A DNA stretch of 64,000 nt from Leptolyngbyaceae cyanobacterium (GCA_965263355.1 CBDHHL010000056.1:352001-416000), one strand, 5' to 3'; counted from the stretch's first letter, positions 1 to 12,140 are shown. Notes: generated by a model from the sequence alone, not told the origin. Translations and numbers: made by a program.

Positions 1-1591
1 CAAAACCAAACGTATTCGTAACAGGAATCTCTTGTGGAGTAAATAACCCAAGGCTCCCCAACGGAGGTAATTTATCTGGCACAAGTACAGAACTCACGTC
101 GCTCAACTTGGTTTGTTTGTTTGAGGTAAATTGCCCAAAGATATAATCCTTAGGTTTTACATCCGTCAGCAGATTTACCTCTAGCCGATTTATCCCTGTT
201 TCAGTTGATAGTAGGACTGTTTCTAATGCGGCCTTTGCATCAGTAGACTGATCACCCAAGGCCGTATCCACGTGAACCTTCAGGGTCGGATTTGGCGGTA
301 GTCCTAACACTTGTTCCCGTAATAAAATACCGGGCCCAATATCTCCAAGGTTACCTGCAATCAGGTTGCCATAGCCATATAGTCCATTACGACTAATCTT
401 TTTCAATACCATGGGGTTTTCTGCATCGGCCATGAGAACTTGCCCATCTGGACGTACCAGCGTATATAAAGTCTCATCAGCCTCCATATTTTGGACAGAG
501 GTACCGCCTAACCAAAATTCTATCTGCTCACCTGTGATATTGGTGATGACGGCTTCCGCAAAGGCGGGTAGAGGCTCTGAAAAATATAGGCCTGCGGTTT
601 TATAGGTCTCCTTGGCATATTCAAAGACTGGTACCTGGGGGAGACCATGTTGACTGGCTGCAATTCGAGTGCTCCGTTGAAGGTTTATTTCTGTTCTGGT
701 AACTACCTCACTAGCCGTTAGCTGCCATAAGTAGCGGGTGAGGAGATAAGTAAATGCGCCAGCATTGAAGCCTGGAAAGGCTCTATCTAAGGCTTCTTGT
801 TCTCGACTGGCTGATCCCAGGGCAACGCCTTTGGCAATCCCTTGTTGCCGTTGTTTATGAAACTCTTCTTCAGATATCTTGAGATCAATGAGCAATGAAC
901 GCTGCAACTCAAACTCTGCTTCACTGGCAAATAGGTTTACGCCCCAACGTCTCAAGCGTGATGTATCGGCTCGAACAGCTGAGCCACCCCGAGTGCTCGC
1001 ACCGGCATAACAGCTATCTAATACCATTGTGAGATTATCAGTATTAATAGACTTTGTTAATAAGAATAGACTTTGCCCCATAATGTCAGGCACAACAATG
1101 CCGTTATCTTGTTCTGCCAATGGTGTAGCATCCATAGGCACCAGGGTACCGTTGTAGCGAAAGCTCTCCCCTGGCTGAATTGGGTTTGGATCGATGACTT
1201 GAGACCCATGGCCAGAATAGTGAAAAACTACTACATCATCAGGCTTAGCTTTAGCAATTAAATGAGTCTGAAATGCTTGTAGAATATTTGCACGGGTAGG
1301 CTTTATCTCTGTATTATTGGTTAGCACCATGATGTCATTAGGATTAAAGCCAAAGCGATGGATTAAAAGCTCACGCTGTAGATACACATCATTGATGCAA
1401 CCTTGGAGGGACGTCAAAGGGGATGGGTAGCTATTAATGCCGATTAGCAAGGCCAGCTTACGGGGGGTACTTTGGGCTAGCGCTTTGCCGTAGCGATCGC
1501 ACTGGCTTAAAAAGTCCGTTTGGCTCAGACCAATAGATGCCAGTGTGGACCCAGCAAGTTGCAAAAAATGACGACGCTTAAACTGAGACAT
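1..1591 (-). CDS. Caspase-family (peptidase C14, orthocaspase-like) protein with twin-arginine signal; 3' end runs off the window
   Basis: Not in the ORF track. Manual translation of segments from ATG at 1591 gives MSQFKRRHFLQLAGS...RKLALLIGINSYP...LQGCINDV...FHYSGHG...VLDSCYAG, so the His/Cys dyad is intact. Confidence 0.9.
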   Translation of the reverse strand, partial: MSQFKRRHFLQLAGSTLASIGLSQTDFLSQCDRYGKALAQSTPRKLALLIGINSYPSPLTSLQGCINDVYLQRELLIHRFGFNPNDIMVLTNNTEIKPTRANILQAFQTHLIAKAKPDDVVVFHYSGHGSQVIDPNPIQPGESFRYNGTLVPMDATPLAEQDNGIVVPDIMGQSLFLLTKSINTDNLTMVLDSCYAGASTRGGSAVRADTSRLRRWGVNLFASEAEFELQRSLLIDLKISEEEFHKQRQQGIAKGVALGSASREQEALDRAFPGFNAGAFTYLLTRYLWQLTASEVVTRTEINLQRSTRIAASQHGLPQVPVFEYAKETYKTAGLYFSEPLPAFAEAVITNITGEQIEFWLGGTSVQNMEADETLYTLVRPDGQVLMADAENPMVLKKISRNGLYGYGNLIAGNLGDIGPGILLREQVLGLPPNPTLKVHVDTALGDQSTDAKAALETVLLSTETGINRLEVNLLTDVKPKDYIFGQFTSNKQTKLSDVSSVLVPDKLPPLGSLGLFTPQEIPVTNTFGF

Positions 1592-1766
1592 ATAGGGGGC
1601 ACTTCAACGCTTTATACATCCTCGCTATTCCTGAATCATTTAGACTGATTCATTCAAATATTTTAAGAAATAGGCGAGCATTAATGCCTGGTCACTGCAT
1701 CGGCTAATGAATAAGCTAGCGTTGCCAGTGAGAAATAGTGGAGGAACCCTTTGGAGTTGCGAAGCA

Positions 1767-2192
1767 ATGAAAACGAATACGTTAAATACCTGGTTTCTTC
1801 CCCCTGTAACGACTAAGGCTGAAGCAAGAAGTGCCGCTTATCAAGGCTTTTGGGCAGCTGTTATTGTTACTGCTATTACAGTTTTATTTGTCATTATTAT
1901 GCTGGCTGCTGGTCCTATTGAGGATGTACCCATTGATGCCTGGGCATTTATCGATGCTGGAATTTTTGCGGCCATTGCAATTTACATTCGTAAATTGTCA
2001 CGAATAGCTGCAGTCTGTGGCTTGGTCATGTATTGGCTAGAGCGGATTTATATGTGGTCCGTTACTGGTTTTGGCCCCAATGAGGTAAGCAGTATATGGA
2101 TGATTGTGTTGTTAACCGTGGCCTTTATTAACGGTGTTCGTGGCACATTTGCCTACCATCGATTGGCCAAACGTTTGGAAGTGGATAATTAA
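1767..2192 (+). CDS. Hypothetical integral membrane protein (about 4 TM helices)
   Basis: ORF 1707..2192 with hydrophobic segments; ATG at 1767 follows GGAG and is the likelier start. Confidence 0.75.
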   Translation: MKTNTLNTWFLPPVTTKAEARSAAYQGFWAAVIVTAITVLFVIIMLAAGPIEDVPIDAWAFIDAGIFAAIAIYIRKLSRIAAVCGLVMYWLERIYMWSVTGFGPNEVSSIWMIVLLTVAFINGVRGTFAYHRLAKRLEVDN

Positions 2193-2300
2193 TGTCAGAA
2201 CACATCACCATGCTTGGCAATGCTATAGCATTGCACTACAGTACTTGATTGGAGCGCATTACACAGTGTTCCTCTCGGCAGCGTATAGTGTAGAGAAGTA

Positions 2301-5000
2301 ATGCTGCTGTATGCCATGACTGTACGTGTATTGGCGTTAACTGTCCTACTAACGGTATTGCCGCCGCTAAATGTGTTGCCAAGCTGGTTAAACGGCCCGT
2401 CTGCTGTCTGGCTAGCAGAGGTATCGACCGCTGGCGAAGCTGAGGCCAATCGTCTACGAGATCGCGGTGTTAGCTCATTTCAGACAGGACAATGGCAGGC
2501 AGCCATTGATGATTGGCAAGAGGCTTTAACGCTATACCAGCAATTGGGAAATGAGAGTAGTGCCTCTAAGCTATTGATCAATATCGGTTTGGCCTACCGC
2601 AGACAAGATAACTATTCTGAGGCCCTGTATTATTTTGAACAGGCCCTGGAGCTAAAGCAATCTCTCAATGACCAAGATGGTCAAGCCGCTGCGTTGACCC
2701 ATATTGGTGTGGTGTATGACCTGTTAAGCCAATATAGTTTGGCATTGCAGTTTCATCAGCAGGGATTAGACATTGCCCGACGCATTGGTAGTCCTATGCG
2801 AGAGTTTAGGGCGTTAGGAAATCTAGGGATAGTCTACAAAAAACTGGGGAACTACGAGGCTGCCCTTGATGCCTATGGGCAAAGTCTGTTGCTGGCCCGT
2901 GAGTTTGGTGATTTGCCTAATGAGGCCAGAGTGTTAAACAACATTGGCCAGGTGCAACGTCAGTTAGGCAGTTACGATCAGGCCCTGACAAATTTTGAAC
3001 AGAGTTTAGGACTGAAGCAGCGTTTAGAGGATCAGCAAGGAGAAGCCACGACCCTGGTCAATATAGGCATTGTCTATGCGCTACAGGGACACTCTCAACA
3101 AGCCCTGGACTACTATCAAAAAAGTCTCGATTTATCGCAGCAAATTAACTTTTCTGTGGGTAAACTGAGGGCACTCAACAACCTGGGTGAACTGTATCAA
3201 CAGCAGGGCAACTATGATACAGCATTGGCTTATTATCAACGTAGCTTTGCGATCGCAACCCAGCTAAACAATCGTCCAGCCCAGGCAACGATCCTCAGTA
3301 ATCTTGGTTGGTTATATCAGGCTCACCAACAGCCCGCTATGGCTATTCTCTTTTTTAAGCAGGCCGTTAACCAATACGAGGCGATTCGCACCGACAATCA
3401 GTCCCTAACCTCAGAGCTACAGATATCCTATGTTCGCACGATTGCCGATACCTATCGACAACTGGCGGATTTACTCCTACGACAAAATCGGGTACTTGAA
3501 GCACAGCGAGTTTTGGATCTGCTAAAGGTGCAGGAGGTCCAAGACTACCTGAAAAATGTACGCGGTAATGCGAATACCGCCAGTGGGATTGAGTTTTACC
3601 AGGCTGAACAAGAAATTCTCAAGCAGTATGAACAGCTTCAACAGTCAGCCATTGCCATCGGTCAAGAGATTAGCCAGCTAGAAGAAAAAGACTTTGCCGG
3701 ACAAGCAACAGCGGCAGACCAACAGCGATTAAATCAGCTAGTTGACATTCAAGACCAGTTATTTACCCAGTTTAATACGTTTACCCGCAGTGACGAGGTT
3801 AAAACGCTGCTACAGCAGATCGCCCTGGATGAGGGTACCTTCTCGATTACGGAAATTACTAGCCTGAGTAATAATCTAGAGCAGCTGGATGCTGTTTTAA
3901 TCTATCCATTAGTACTAGATGATCGGATTGAACTGATTATTATGACCGCCGATTCAGCCCCCTTACGACGTACGGTCGAAAATGTGGGTCGAGTTGAGTT
4001 AAATGATGCGATCGCATCATTTCGAACTGCGTTACAACAGCCGACACGGGATGCAAAAGAGCCTGCCTATCAGCTGTATCGCTGGCTGATTGAGCCCTTA
4101 GAAAAGGATTTACTCACGGCGAATGTGCAAACTATCCTTTATGCCCCAGATGGCCCCCTGCGGTATGTGCCGTTAGCCGCACTATACGATTCAGCCAACG
4201 CTGACGATGGCCAATGGTTAGCAGAACGCTTTCAGATTAACAATATTACCGCCACATCATTACAAGACCTGAATTCCCAACCATCGGCTGAACCTCGAAT
4301 TTTGGCAGCGGCCTTTGCCGATGAAACCATTACCCATACAGTTCCTGTGGGGGACACAACCTTTAAATTCTCCGGCTTACCCTTTGCTGGCATAGAAGTC
4401 TCTATATTGGCCCGTACCCTGACCAATATTCAAACCTATATCGATAGCGAATTTAGTCTCGCGTCACTTCGGTCCAGGCTAAACACCTTTAATATTCTGC
4501 ACTTTGCCACCCATGCATCCTTAGTGCCCAAGGACGCAGGCGAATCGTTTATTCTATTTGGTAATGGTGATCGTCCGACTATTCGAGATATTGAAAACTG
4601 GAAGCTATCGAGAGTTGAGCTGGTCGTGCTAAGTGCCTGTGAGACTGGCTTGGGTGGATTTGACAACAATGGAGAACAGGTACTGGGTTTGGGCTATCAA
4701 TTTCAACAACAAGGAGCCCGCTCGGTTGTCGCCTCACTTTGGCAGGTAGATGATGGCGGCACTCAGGCCTTGATGAATGCGTTTTACTTGGCCCTTAATG
4801 AAGGCTATTCTAAAACAGAAGCCCTGCAAAAAGCACAGCTGGCACTGATTAAAGATGACCTATCTATCATTACAGGAGACCCTAGATCTGCCACTATCGA
4901 TTTTGTTGACACGATTACGGGTAACCCCATTAGACTGCAGGCGAGCCCTGATCACCCATACTACTGGGCACCGTTTATTTTGATTGGCAATGGTCTTTAA
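2301..5000 (+). CDS. TPR-repeat CHAT-domain (caspase/HetF-associated) protein
   Basis: Hydrophobic N-terminus, about 8 TPRs (LNNIG/LGNLG), CHAT motifs LRYVPLAAL, LHFATH, VLSACETG, SLWQVDD, HPYYWAPFILIGN. Confidence 0.95.
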   Translation: MLLYAMTVRVLALTVLLTVLPPLNVLPSWLNGPSAVWLAEVSTAGEAEANRLRDRGVSSFQTGQWQAAIDDWQEALTLYQQLGNESSASKLLINIGLAYRRQDNYSEALYYFEQALELKQSLNDQDGQAAALTHIGVVYDLLSQYSLALQFHQQGLDIARRIGSPMREFRALGNLGIVYKKLGNYEAALDAYGQSLLLAREFGDLPNEARVLNNIGQVQRQLGSYDQALTNFEQSLGLKQRLEDQQGEATTLVNIGIVYALQGHSQQALDYYQKSLDLSQQINFSVGKLRALNNLGELYQQQGNYDTALAYYQRSFAIATQLNNRPAQATILSNLGWLYQAHQQPAMAILFFKQAVNQYEAIRTDNQSLTSELQISYVRTIADTYRQLADLLLRQNRVLEAQRVLDLLKVQEVQDYLKNVRGNANTASGIEFYQAEQEILKQYEQLQQSAIAIGQEISQLEEKDFAGQATAADQQRLNQLVDIQDQLFTQFNTFTRSDEVKTLLQQIALDEGTFSITEITSLSNNLEQLDAVLIYPLVLDDRIELIIMTADSAPLRRTVENVGRVELNDAIASFRTALQQPTRDAKEPAYQLYRWLIEPLEKDLLTANVQTILYAPDGPLRYVPLAALYDSANADDGQWLAERFQINNITATSLQDLNSQPSAEPRILAAAFADETITHTVPVGDTTFKFSGLPFAGIEVSILARTLTNIQTYIDSEFSLASLRSRLNTFNILHFATHASLVPKDAGESFILFGNGDRPTIRDIENWKLSRVELVVLSACETGLGGFDNNGEQVLGLGYQFQQQGARSVVASLWQVDDGGTQALMNAFYLALNEGYSKTEALQKAQLALIKDDLSIITGDPRSATIDFVDTITGNPIRLQASPDHPYYWAPFILIGNGL

Positions 5001-5158
5001 GGAAAGAATACTCTGGTAAGTGTCTTATCTAAGGGCTCTCTAAAAATTAAGCCCATGGTTTTAGTTAGGTAATTATAGTCAAAGAGACTGGTTAGGAAAC
5101 GTAGCGTAGAATGTTGGTGGGATGTTTCAAAACTATAAGCTCACCCAAATACATCTTG

Positions 5159-6294
5159 ATGATCAACTGCTTTGCGACCGTAGCCCGTGGCCTGGAAGAA
5201 TTGGCCGCTCAAGAACTCCAACAGCTTGGCGCAGAAGGCGTAGAGCCGGGATTCTGTGGAGTAGGTTTTCGGTGCGATCGCACCCATCTCTACAAAATCA
5301 ACCTCTGGGCCAGACTCCCCTTTCGCATCCTGGTCACCATGGCCCATGTACCCTGTCGCGACGGCGACACCCTTTATCGCGGCATTCAAAGCCTCGACTG
5401 GGACCCCTACCTATCCCCAGACCACACCCTGGCGGTTAAAGCCACCGGTAAAAATCAGCACCTCAACCACAGTCACTTTACCGCTCTGCAGGTCAAAAAC
5501 GCCATCGTTGACCAACAGCAAGATCGCCATGGCGAACGCTCCGACATCGATACGGAACGGCCCGATGTGCAAGTCAATGTGCATATTAAAGATAACAACG
5601 CTACCGTTAGTTTAGACAGTTCGGGCAGTAGTCTACACCGCCGTGGATACCGTCCTGCCATGGGTACAGCCCCATTGAAAGAATCTCTTGCTGCCGCCCT
5701 GGTACAGCTCACAGACTGGTCTGGCGAGGTGGCATTTCTCGATCCCATGTGTGGTTCAGGCACATTACCGATTGAGGCGACATTACAGGCGTTAAATATT
5801 GCCCCTGGTTTATTTCGAGACGAAACAAGTCAGGGGTTTGGCTTTCAAACCTGGCCTGACTATGATGCTAACCTCTGGCAACAGTTAGTAGACGAGGCCC
5901 AAAAACAGCAGACATCTGAGCTAATGGTACCGGTGTGGGGTGCGATCTCGACCTGGACATTCTCACCGATGCCCGCACCAATGCAGACTACAGTGGCGTC
6001 GCAGAGCATATCGACTTTAACTACACCGATTTTGCCAACATCGAGCCCCCTGCCGACAGTGGCATTCTCATCTGTAACCCACCCTATGGGGAACGCCTTG
6101 GCCATACAGAAAACCTGGCCCCGTTTTATAAACAGATGGGCGACATTCTAAAACAGCGCTTTAAAGGCTGGACTGCCTATATTCTCAGTGGCAACAAAGC
6201 TCTAACTAAATCCATTGGCCTGCGCACCGCCAGAAAAATACCTGTCTATAATGGGTCGATTCCCTGTCAGTTTTTGAAATATGAGATGTACTAA
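5159..6294 (+). pseudogene. THUMP-domain RNA methyltransferase (RlmL/Trm14-like), split by a 1-nt frameshift; real lesion or sequencing error
   Basis: The N-part carries THUMP, SLHRRGYR, APLKE and DPMCGSGT (ORF 5111..6151). The C-part carries GCDLD and NPPYGER in another frame (5935..6294). The break lies in a G4 run at 5937-5940. Confidence 0.85.
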
Positions 6295-6381
6295 TCGTGA
6301 TGCGACTGCTACGGATGTTCGACGATGCCATAAGCCAGGGCAAAAGGACACGATAGGGACATGTTATGTTTCAACACCACT

Positions 6382-7374
6382 TTAGCCAGAGAGCTTGATT
6401 ATCAAAGGCAGGTGATCAGAACCAACGTAGGGACCAGTCCAACGCGTTTGCGTAATTAAATCGGGGCTATGTAAACAATGATCAATGGCAATTTGCAAAA
6501 AAGTAGGCATATTTCCGGGCCAGGTTGTCTGCCAAATCCAACCCTGTTGAGAATTTTTGAGACCACTGCGGTTCACCATGTTTCGAACACGCTGAGACCA
6601 GGGTGTAGAGTTAAAATCTCCAATGATAATCACCGACTTATCTGCCGCCAGTTGTCGACGACTCCAATCCGCAACCGCTTCTAATTCAGTCGCCTGAAAC
6701 GCAGACATGCCAGATGTTCCAGGACGGGTAATATGCACACTCATCAAGCTGAGGATACCCTGACCAAACTGAACATCAACGGTTAACAACGGTCGTTGAG
6801 AATAGTTGGGCACCTGGATAATATTTTTTTGAATAATCCCTAGGGAAGACTCTAGTGGCACAAACATGGCGCTACCGTGGGAGTTGGTTTTTGGCTCAGC
6901 CGCCACTAACCGATAGTTAGTGAGCTGCTTCACAATGAGTGGCAGCGTAGTCGGTGTAATCTCCTGGAGAAAAACAATATCTGCAACCTGGCGATTAACA
7001 TACTCAATTGCTTGGATAGGTCGAGGATTTTTATGATCGATATTGGCATGGAGAATGGTCAGACTCGGTGCTTCAGTCAGGGTCTCAGTAGTGGGTTGTA
7101 AAAAAGATGCTTTTAAAGACGCTCTTGATGGCCAGGCTAATGACAAGATTAGGGTACCGTTGACCATCAAGGGAATTAGCCAGACTATGCCCCACTGCTG
7201 CCGTTGCCGTAAACTTACCAGCAGGGGAAATAATAAAAGCCAACAGTACTGCCACCGAAAATGGTCCAGTAATTCAAACCGCCACCATAGGTTACCAACT
7301 AAACCACAAACTGTTGCCAGGGTAATGATAAGACCTAGAAAAATACTAAAACGACTTAAAGCAATGCGGCCCAT
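6382..7374 (-). CDS. Endonuclease/exonuclease/phosphatase (EEP) family membrane-anchored protein
   Basis: N-terminal TMs; motifs DIVFLQE, GDFNSTPWS, IDHCL, GSDHLP. Confidence 0.9.
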   Translation of the reverse strand: MGRIALSRFSIFLGLIITLATVCGLVGNLWWRFELLDHFRWQYCWLLLFPLLVSLRQRQQWGIVWLIPLMVNGTLILSLAWPSRASLKASFLQPTTETLTEAPSLTILHANIDHKNPRPIQAIEYVNRQVADIVFLQEITPTTLPLIVKQLTNYRLVAAEPKTNSHGSAMFVPLESSLGIIQKNIIQVPNYSQRPLLTVDVQFGQGILSLMSVHITRPGTSGMSAFQATELEAVADWSRRQLAADKSVIIIGDFNSTPWSQRVRNMVNRSGLKNSQQGWIWQTTWPGNMPTFLQIAIDHCLHSPDLITQTRWTGPYVGSDHLPLIIKLSG

Positions 7375-7598
7375 ACCCCTAACAAGTCTCCATACCCATC
7401 CAGCAGTCCTTCACCATCTAATTGACGCATTTTCTTAAATTTTGTCAGGACATCAGAAAAATTTAGGTGATCACTCATAATCAAGGTATCCTTGAGCACC
7501 CGTATAACAGATTTTTTCAGCTGAAAATATACCTGAACCTGAAAGACCCGCTCAAGATTTGGCACAATAGCGGAGAGCGAGCAAAAAGGCCAGAAATC

Positions 7599-8546
7599 AT
7601 GGATTCAAAAACGTTATCGTTCAGTATTGTGATTACCACCTACAACCGCTTAGAACTGTTGAAACGTGCGATCGCAACCGCCCTCAGCCAGACCATCCCC
7701 TGTCAGGTAATCGTCGTGGACAACGCTTCCACTGACGGTACCCAGGACTATGTTAAAAGTCTGGGTGATCAGGTGCTTTACCAGCGTAACCCCACCAATA
7801 CTAACCACTCTGGAGCGGTAAATGCAGGCGTGGAACTAGCCACAGGTAGCTGGATCAAACTCGTGGACGATGACGACTATCTGGCTCCCACCTGTATTGA
7901 AGAAATTGCTAAAGCCATTGAGCAACGCCCTGAAGCCGTGATTTGCTCCTGTCAGGCTGCCCAGGTAAATGACGCGGGGCAAGAGCTAAGTCGCACCCCC
8001 GTCACCGGTCCTGGCGAAGCGTTTTATATTCCCCAGGCCGATATTCATTACGGCATGTTCCTGGAAGTTGTTCCCTTTGGTACCCCAATTCAGGTGGCCG
8101 TCCGTCGCGATGCCTTTCTCAAGTCAGGCGGTTGGGACCTAACCATGACTGGTTTTGACGATATTGACTCCTGGATTCGTGTGGCCGACCATGGCGATGC
8201 CATATTTATCAATAAATGCCTCACTTATCGTACCGTTTGGCCCGGTGGCTACGATCAGAAAATCACCCTCCAGCGTCGCCTCGATACCAATATTTTGATC
8301 AAAGAACGTATCTATCAACACGTTAGCCCCAAACATCGAGACAAACTACCCACCTTAAAGACAATTCGCCAATACCTCAGTCTCCACTGGATGCTTGTTG
8401 CCCTTAAACAAAAACAATTCCCTAGTGCCCTCAGCTTTGGCATCCCTGCCATCTTCTCCCCCAAGGCTTGGCAGTTGTTACAGCAAGCCGTTAATTTCCG
8501 TAAGCAAAAGGCCACACCTCCCATTGCTAAGCTAGCCCTTGAATAG
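7599..8546 (+). CDS. Glycosyltransferase family 2
   Basis: SIVITTYNR, VVDNASTDGT, LVDDDD; ATG at 7599 is the probable start. Confidence 0.92.
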   Translation: MDSKTLSFSIVITTYNRLELLKRAIATALSQTIPCQVIVVDNASTDGTQDYVKSLGDQVLYQRNPTNTNHSGAVNAGVELATGSWIKLVDDDDYLAPTCIEEIAKAIEQRPEAVICSCQAAQVNDAGQELSRTPVTGPGEAFYIPQADIHYGMFLEVVPFGTPIQVAVRRDAFLKSGGWDLTMTGFDDIDSWIRVADHGDAIFINKCLTYRTVWPGGYDQKITLQRRLDTNILIKERIYQHVSPKHRDKLPTLKTIRQYLSLHWMLVALKQKQFPSALSFGIPAIFSPKAWQLLQQAVNFRKQKATPPIAKLALE

Positions 8547-8594
8547 TTTTGAATTAAGAGTTTTAATTTTGAGTTTTGAGTTCTAAGCCCCCCC

Positions 8595-11500
8595 ATGACT
8601 GCGACAACCACCCCATCACTCTATCAAGTCGGCGGCAGTCTCCATGCCCAGGCCCCCACCTACATCAAGCGCCAGGCCGATGATCACCTCTACGAAAGCC
8701 TGGAGCAAGGAGAGTTTTGCTATGTATTTAATACTCGGCAAATTGGTAAATCCAGCCTCCGGGTAAGAACCAAATACCGGCTTGAACAAAATGATGTCCG
8801 CTGTGCTGCCATTGACTTGACTAACTTAGGCAGCGACAACATCACCGCCGAAAATTGGTATATGGGCATTGCAGCAGAGCTGTGGCGTAGCTTTCAGCTA
8901 GTTGGAAATTTTCAACAATGGTGGCAGCAAGGAGATAGCCTTTCGGTTGTTCAACGTCTAGAGCATTTTATTAAAGATGTGATTTTGCAACAGCTTGAGA
9001 CTGAACGCATTGTTATTTTTATCGATGAAATCGATAGCGTATTGGGACTTCCCTTCGCCGCTGATGACTTGTTCGCCCTGATTCGCTACTGCTATAACCA
9101 ACGGGTAGATAGTCCAGAGTATCGGCGTCTGACCTTTGCCCTGTTTGGTGTGGCCACCCCCACGGATCTCTGTCAAAATCCAAATCGTACCCCGTTTAAT
9201 ATTGGTACAGCGATTGAGCTAAAAGGGTTTACGGCCAAAGAAGCCATGCCGTTAAGTTACTGGTTAAAACCAACGGTCGCCAATGCCACTGAAACGTTAG
9301 AACATATTTTGGCTTGGACCAATGGACAACCCTTTTTAACCCAAAAGCTCTGTCAACTAGTCGTTGCCAAACTGTCTCCCCGGACAGCCATCTATGTAGA
9401 ACAGATTTGGATCGATGGGGTGGTGCGATCTCAACTGATCAAAAACTGGGAGTCCCAGGATCAGCCCCCCCATCTGCGTATTATTCAAGATCGTTTACTC
9501 TCCCGCCCCCAGTTGATCAGTCGTTTATTGGGACGCTATAAAAAACTGTTGTTAGGTAAAACCCTATCTCTAAAGGACAATCACCTCCAAGAAGAACTGT
9601 TACTCTCAGGGTTGGTTATTAAGCAAGCTGGTCAACTTGTTGTGCAAAATCAGCTCTATCGAGAAGTGTTTAATACCCATTGGGTAGATTATCATCTAGT
9701 CCGGTTACGTCCCTATTCCCAGGCATTTGAAGCCTGGGTGAATTCTGAGCAAAAAGACCGTTCACGATTGTTGCGAGGACAGTCCTTATTGGAAGCTCAG
9801 GCCTGGGCCAAAGATCAAGAACTTAGCGACCTAGACTACAAATTTTTATCAGACAGCGTCGACGTCGATCGTCAAGAAGTACAGCAGGCTCTAGAATCTG
9901 AACGACTCAAAGAACTGGAAGCTCGACTAGAAGCCCAACAGCGCAATGTCACACTGCAGCGTTTTTTACTTGTGGGTATGGGTATGGCATTTCTAAGCAT
10001 TACCAGTATTGCCATGCTCGCCTATCGTCAGTCTCGTCAAACCATGCTGACGCAACAAGATAACCAAAACAACCAGGCACTGTCTATCAGTTACTACTCT
10101 GACGCCCTTTTTAACCAAAATCATCGGCTCCAATCATTGCTGGAAGCCGTGAGAGCAGCCCAGCAACTACAGCGATTACCCGTGCCTCAGCCCAGCGTTA
10201 AACAACAGGTAGAACAAACCCTTCGACGCACACTACAGAGCATTACCGAAGCCAACCAGCTGAGAGGTCACGGTGCCCCTGTCTATGGCGTCAACTTTAG
10301 TCCAGATGGCCAGTATTTAGCCTCCGCCAGTTGGGACAACACCCTCAAGCTTTGGCATGCCAGTGGACAATTAATTACCACCCTCAGTGGCCATACCAAT
10401 GCTGTTTGGGATGTCGCCTTTAGTCCTGACAGTGAATATCTTGTATCCGCGAGTGCCGACGCCACAGCCAAAATCTGGCCCATTAACTATGACAACACTA
10501 TTCCCACTGTGGTCGCACCGCCCATCACCCTTAAGGGACATGAAGGTCGAGTCAATGCCGTAGATATTTCTTTAGATAGTCAAACCTTAGTCACTGGCGG
10601 TGAAGATGGCCATCTAAAATTTTGGGATAGAACTGGAAAACTATTGCTCAATATTCCAGCCCACAAGGCCAGCGTCAGTCAGGTCGCCATTAGCCCTGAT
10701 GGTTTGATTTTAGCAACTGCCAGTGAAGACCATACCATTAGACTTTGGGAAGCAACCAGCGGTCGTTTATTGAACGAACTTAAGGAGCATCAAGCCCCAG
10801 TTTATGGCCTTGCATTTAATCCCAATGGACGACTATTAGCGTCTGCCAGTGATGATAAAACTATTAAACTTTGGCGACTGAACCCAGATGGGAGCATCGA
10901 TCAAGATACCGAAACGGACCCTAGAGAAAGCCAAACGATTACGTTGGAAGGCCATCAGGATCAAGTTTGGCGGGTAACGTTTAGCCCTGATGGACGTCAG
11001 CTAGCTTCCACCAGTTTGGATAATACCATCAACCTATGGACTAGTAGCGGGATCCTGGTAACCACCTTGAAGGGGCATGATGCCGGGACCTGGAGCGTAG
11101 ATTTTAGCCCTGATGGAGAAGTTTTAGCCTCTAGCAGTGATGACGCCACGGTAAGGCTTTGGCGACTGGATAAAGTTCCCCAAACGCTCCATGGGTACCA
11201 GGGCCCTGCGACTAATCTGGCCCTCAATCAACGAATTATAGCCGCAGGTAGCTGGGACAAAACCATTCAGCTTTGGAACTGGCGAGGAAATCTAATGTCT
11301 GTACTAAAGGGCCACACTGACCGGGTCTGGCAAGTAGCCATTAGCCCCGATGGCCAAACGTTAGCCTCCGCCAGTTGGGATCAAACGGTAAAGCTTTGGC
11401 ATCCTGACGGAGAGCTTCTGGACACCTTGCAGGGGCACCGAGACCGAGTGGGGGGAGTTGCTTTTAGTCCTGAGGGCAACGAAATTGCCTCCGCTAGTTG

Positions 11501-12140
11501 GGATCAAACCATTAAAATTTGGCAACCAAACGGGGAACTACTACACACGCTACGGGGGCATCGAGATCGGGTTTATGGGGTTGCTTATAGTCCTGACGGG
11601 CAGCATTTGGTATCCGCAGGATGGGACCACACCATTAAAATTTGGAATCGTCAAGGAAAGCTACAGAAAAGTATTCATGGCCATCGTGCTCCCATTTGGC
11701 ATGTTGCCGTTAGTCCAGACAGCCAGCTTATTGCCTCTGCCAGTGCCGATCACTCCATTAAGCTTTGGTCAATTACAGGCCGTCTAATTGCTACTCTACA
11801 AGGCCATCGAGCACGGGTTCACGCAGTGGCCTTTAGCCCGGACGGCAAATTGCTAGCATCGACCAGCTATGACCGCACTGTACGTATCTGGCAACAAGAT
11901 GGCACCTTGGTAACTACCTTGTATGGCCACAATGGATCTACTTGGGGAGTTGCCTTTAGTCCTGATGGTCAAACGTTAATTTCTAGCGGTCATGACCGTA
12001 GAATCATACTATGGGATTGGCAGGATACTCGCAGCTTTGAACAATTACTAGATGACGGCTGTCGATGGTTAGACAACTACCTCGCCTATGGAGACAACTT
12101 ATCCGATGCGGATCGCCAGTTATGTAGTGGGGGTATTTAA
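8595..12140 (+). CDS. AAA-like (AAA_35/STAND-related) ATPase with TM helix and C-terminal WD40 repeats
   Basis: YQVGGSL...YIKRQAD, Walker A RQIGKSS, Walker [18 protein letters not shown], one TM, about 14 WD40 repeats (GH...WD/FSPDG). Confidence 0.92.
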   Translation: MTATTTPSLYQVGGSLHAQAPTYIKRQADDHLYESLEQGEFCYVFNTRQIGKSSLRVRTKYRLEQNDVRCAAIDLTNLGSDNITAENWYMGIAAELWRSFQLVGNFQQWWQQGDSLSVVQRLEHFIKDVILQQLETERIVIFIDEIDSVLGLPFAADDLFALIRYCYNQRVDSPEYRRLTFALFGVATPTDLCQNPNRTPFNIGTAIELKGFTAKEAMPLSYWLKPTVANATETLEHILAWTNGQPFLTQKLCQLVVAKLSPRTAIYVEQIWIDGVVRSQLIKNWESQDQPPHLRIIQDRLLSRPQLISRLLGRYKKLLLGKTLSLKDNHLQEELLLSGLVIKQAGQLVVQNQLYREVFNTHWVDYHLVRLRPYSQAFEAWVNSEQKDRSRLLRGQSLLEAQAWAKDQELSDLDYKFLSDSVDVDRQEVQQALESERLKELEARLEAQQRNVTLQRFLLVGMGMAFLSITSIAMLAYRQSRQTMLTQQDNQNNQALSISYYSDALFNQNHRLQSLLEAVRAAQQLQRLPVPQPSVKQQVEQTLRRTLQSITEANQLRGHGAPVYGVNFSPDGQYLASASWDNTLKLWHASGQLITTLSGHTNAVWDVAFSPDSEYLVSASADATAKIWPINYDNTIPTVVAPPITLKGHEGRVNAVDISLDSQTLVTGGEDGHLKFWDRTGKLLLNIPAHKASVSQVAISPDGLILATASEDHTIRLWEATSGRLLNELKEHQAPVYGLAFNPNGRLLASASDDKTIKLWRLNPDGSIDQDTETDPRESQTITLEGHQDQVWRVTFSPDGRQLASTSLDNTINLWTSSGILVTTLKGHDAGTWSVDFSPDGEVLASSSDDATVRLWRLDKVPQTLHGYQGPATNLALNQRIIAAGSWDKTIQLWNWRGNLMSVLKGHTDRVWQVAISPDGQTLASASWDQTVKLWHPDGELLDTLQGHRDRVGGVAFSPEGNEIASASWDQTIKIWQPNGELLHTLRGHRDRVYGVAYSPDGQHLVSAGWDHTIKIWNRQGKLQKSIHGHRAPIWHVAVSPDSQLIASASADHSIKLWSITGRLIATLQGHRARVHAVAFSPDGKLLASTSYDRTVRIWQQDGTLVTTLYGHNGSTWGVAFSPDGQTLISSGHDRRIILWDWQDTRSFEQLLDDGCRWLDNYLAYGDNLSDADRQLCSGGI

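Noticed and set aside
411..1261. Plus-strand ORFs 411..605 and 1073..1261
   Set aside because: Antisense shadows of the minus-strand caspase gene. The other short ORFs overlapping long genes were rejected for the same reason
8547..8590. TTTTGAG/TTTTAA short repeats as a regulatory array
   Set aside because: Resemble ordinary cyanobacterial short tandem heptamer repeats
10260..12030. DNA-level periodicity (tttagccc/tgatgg)
   Set aside because: Explained by WD40 coding repeats
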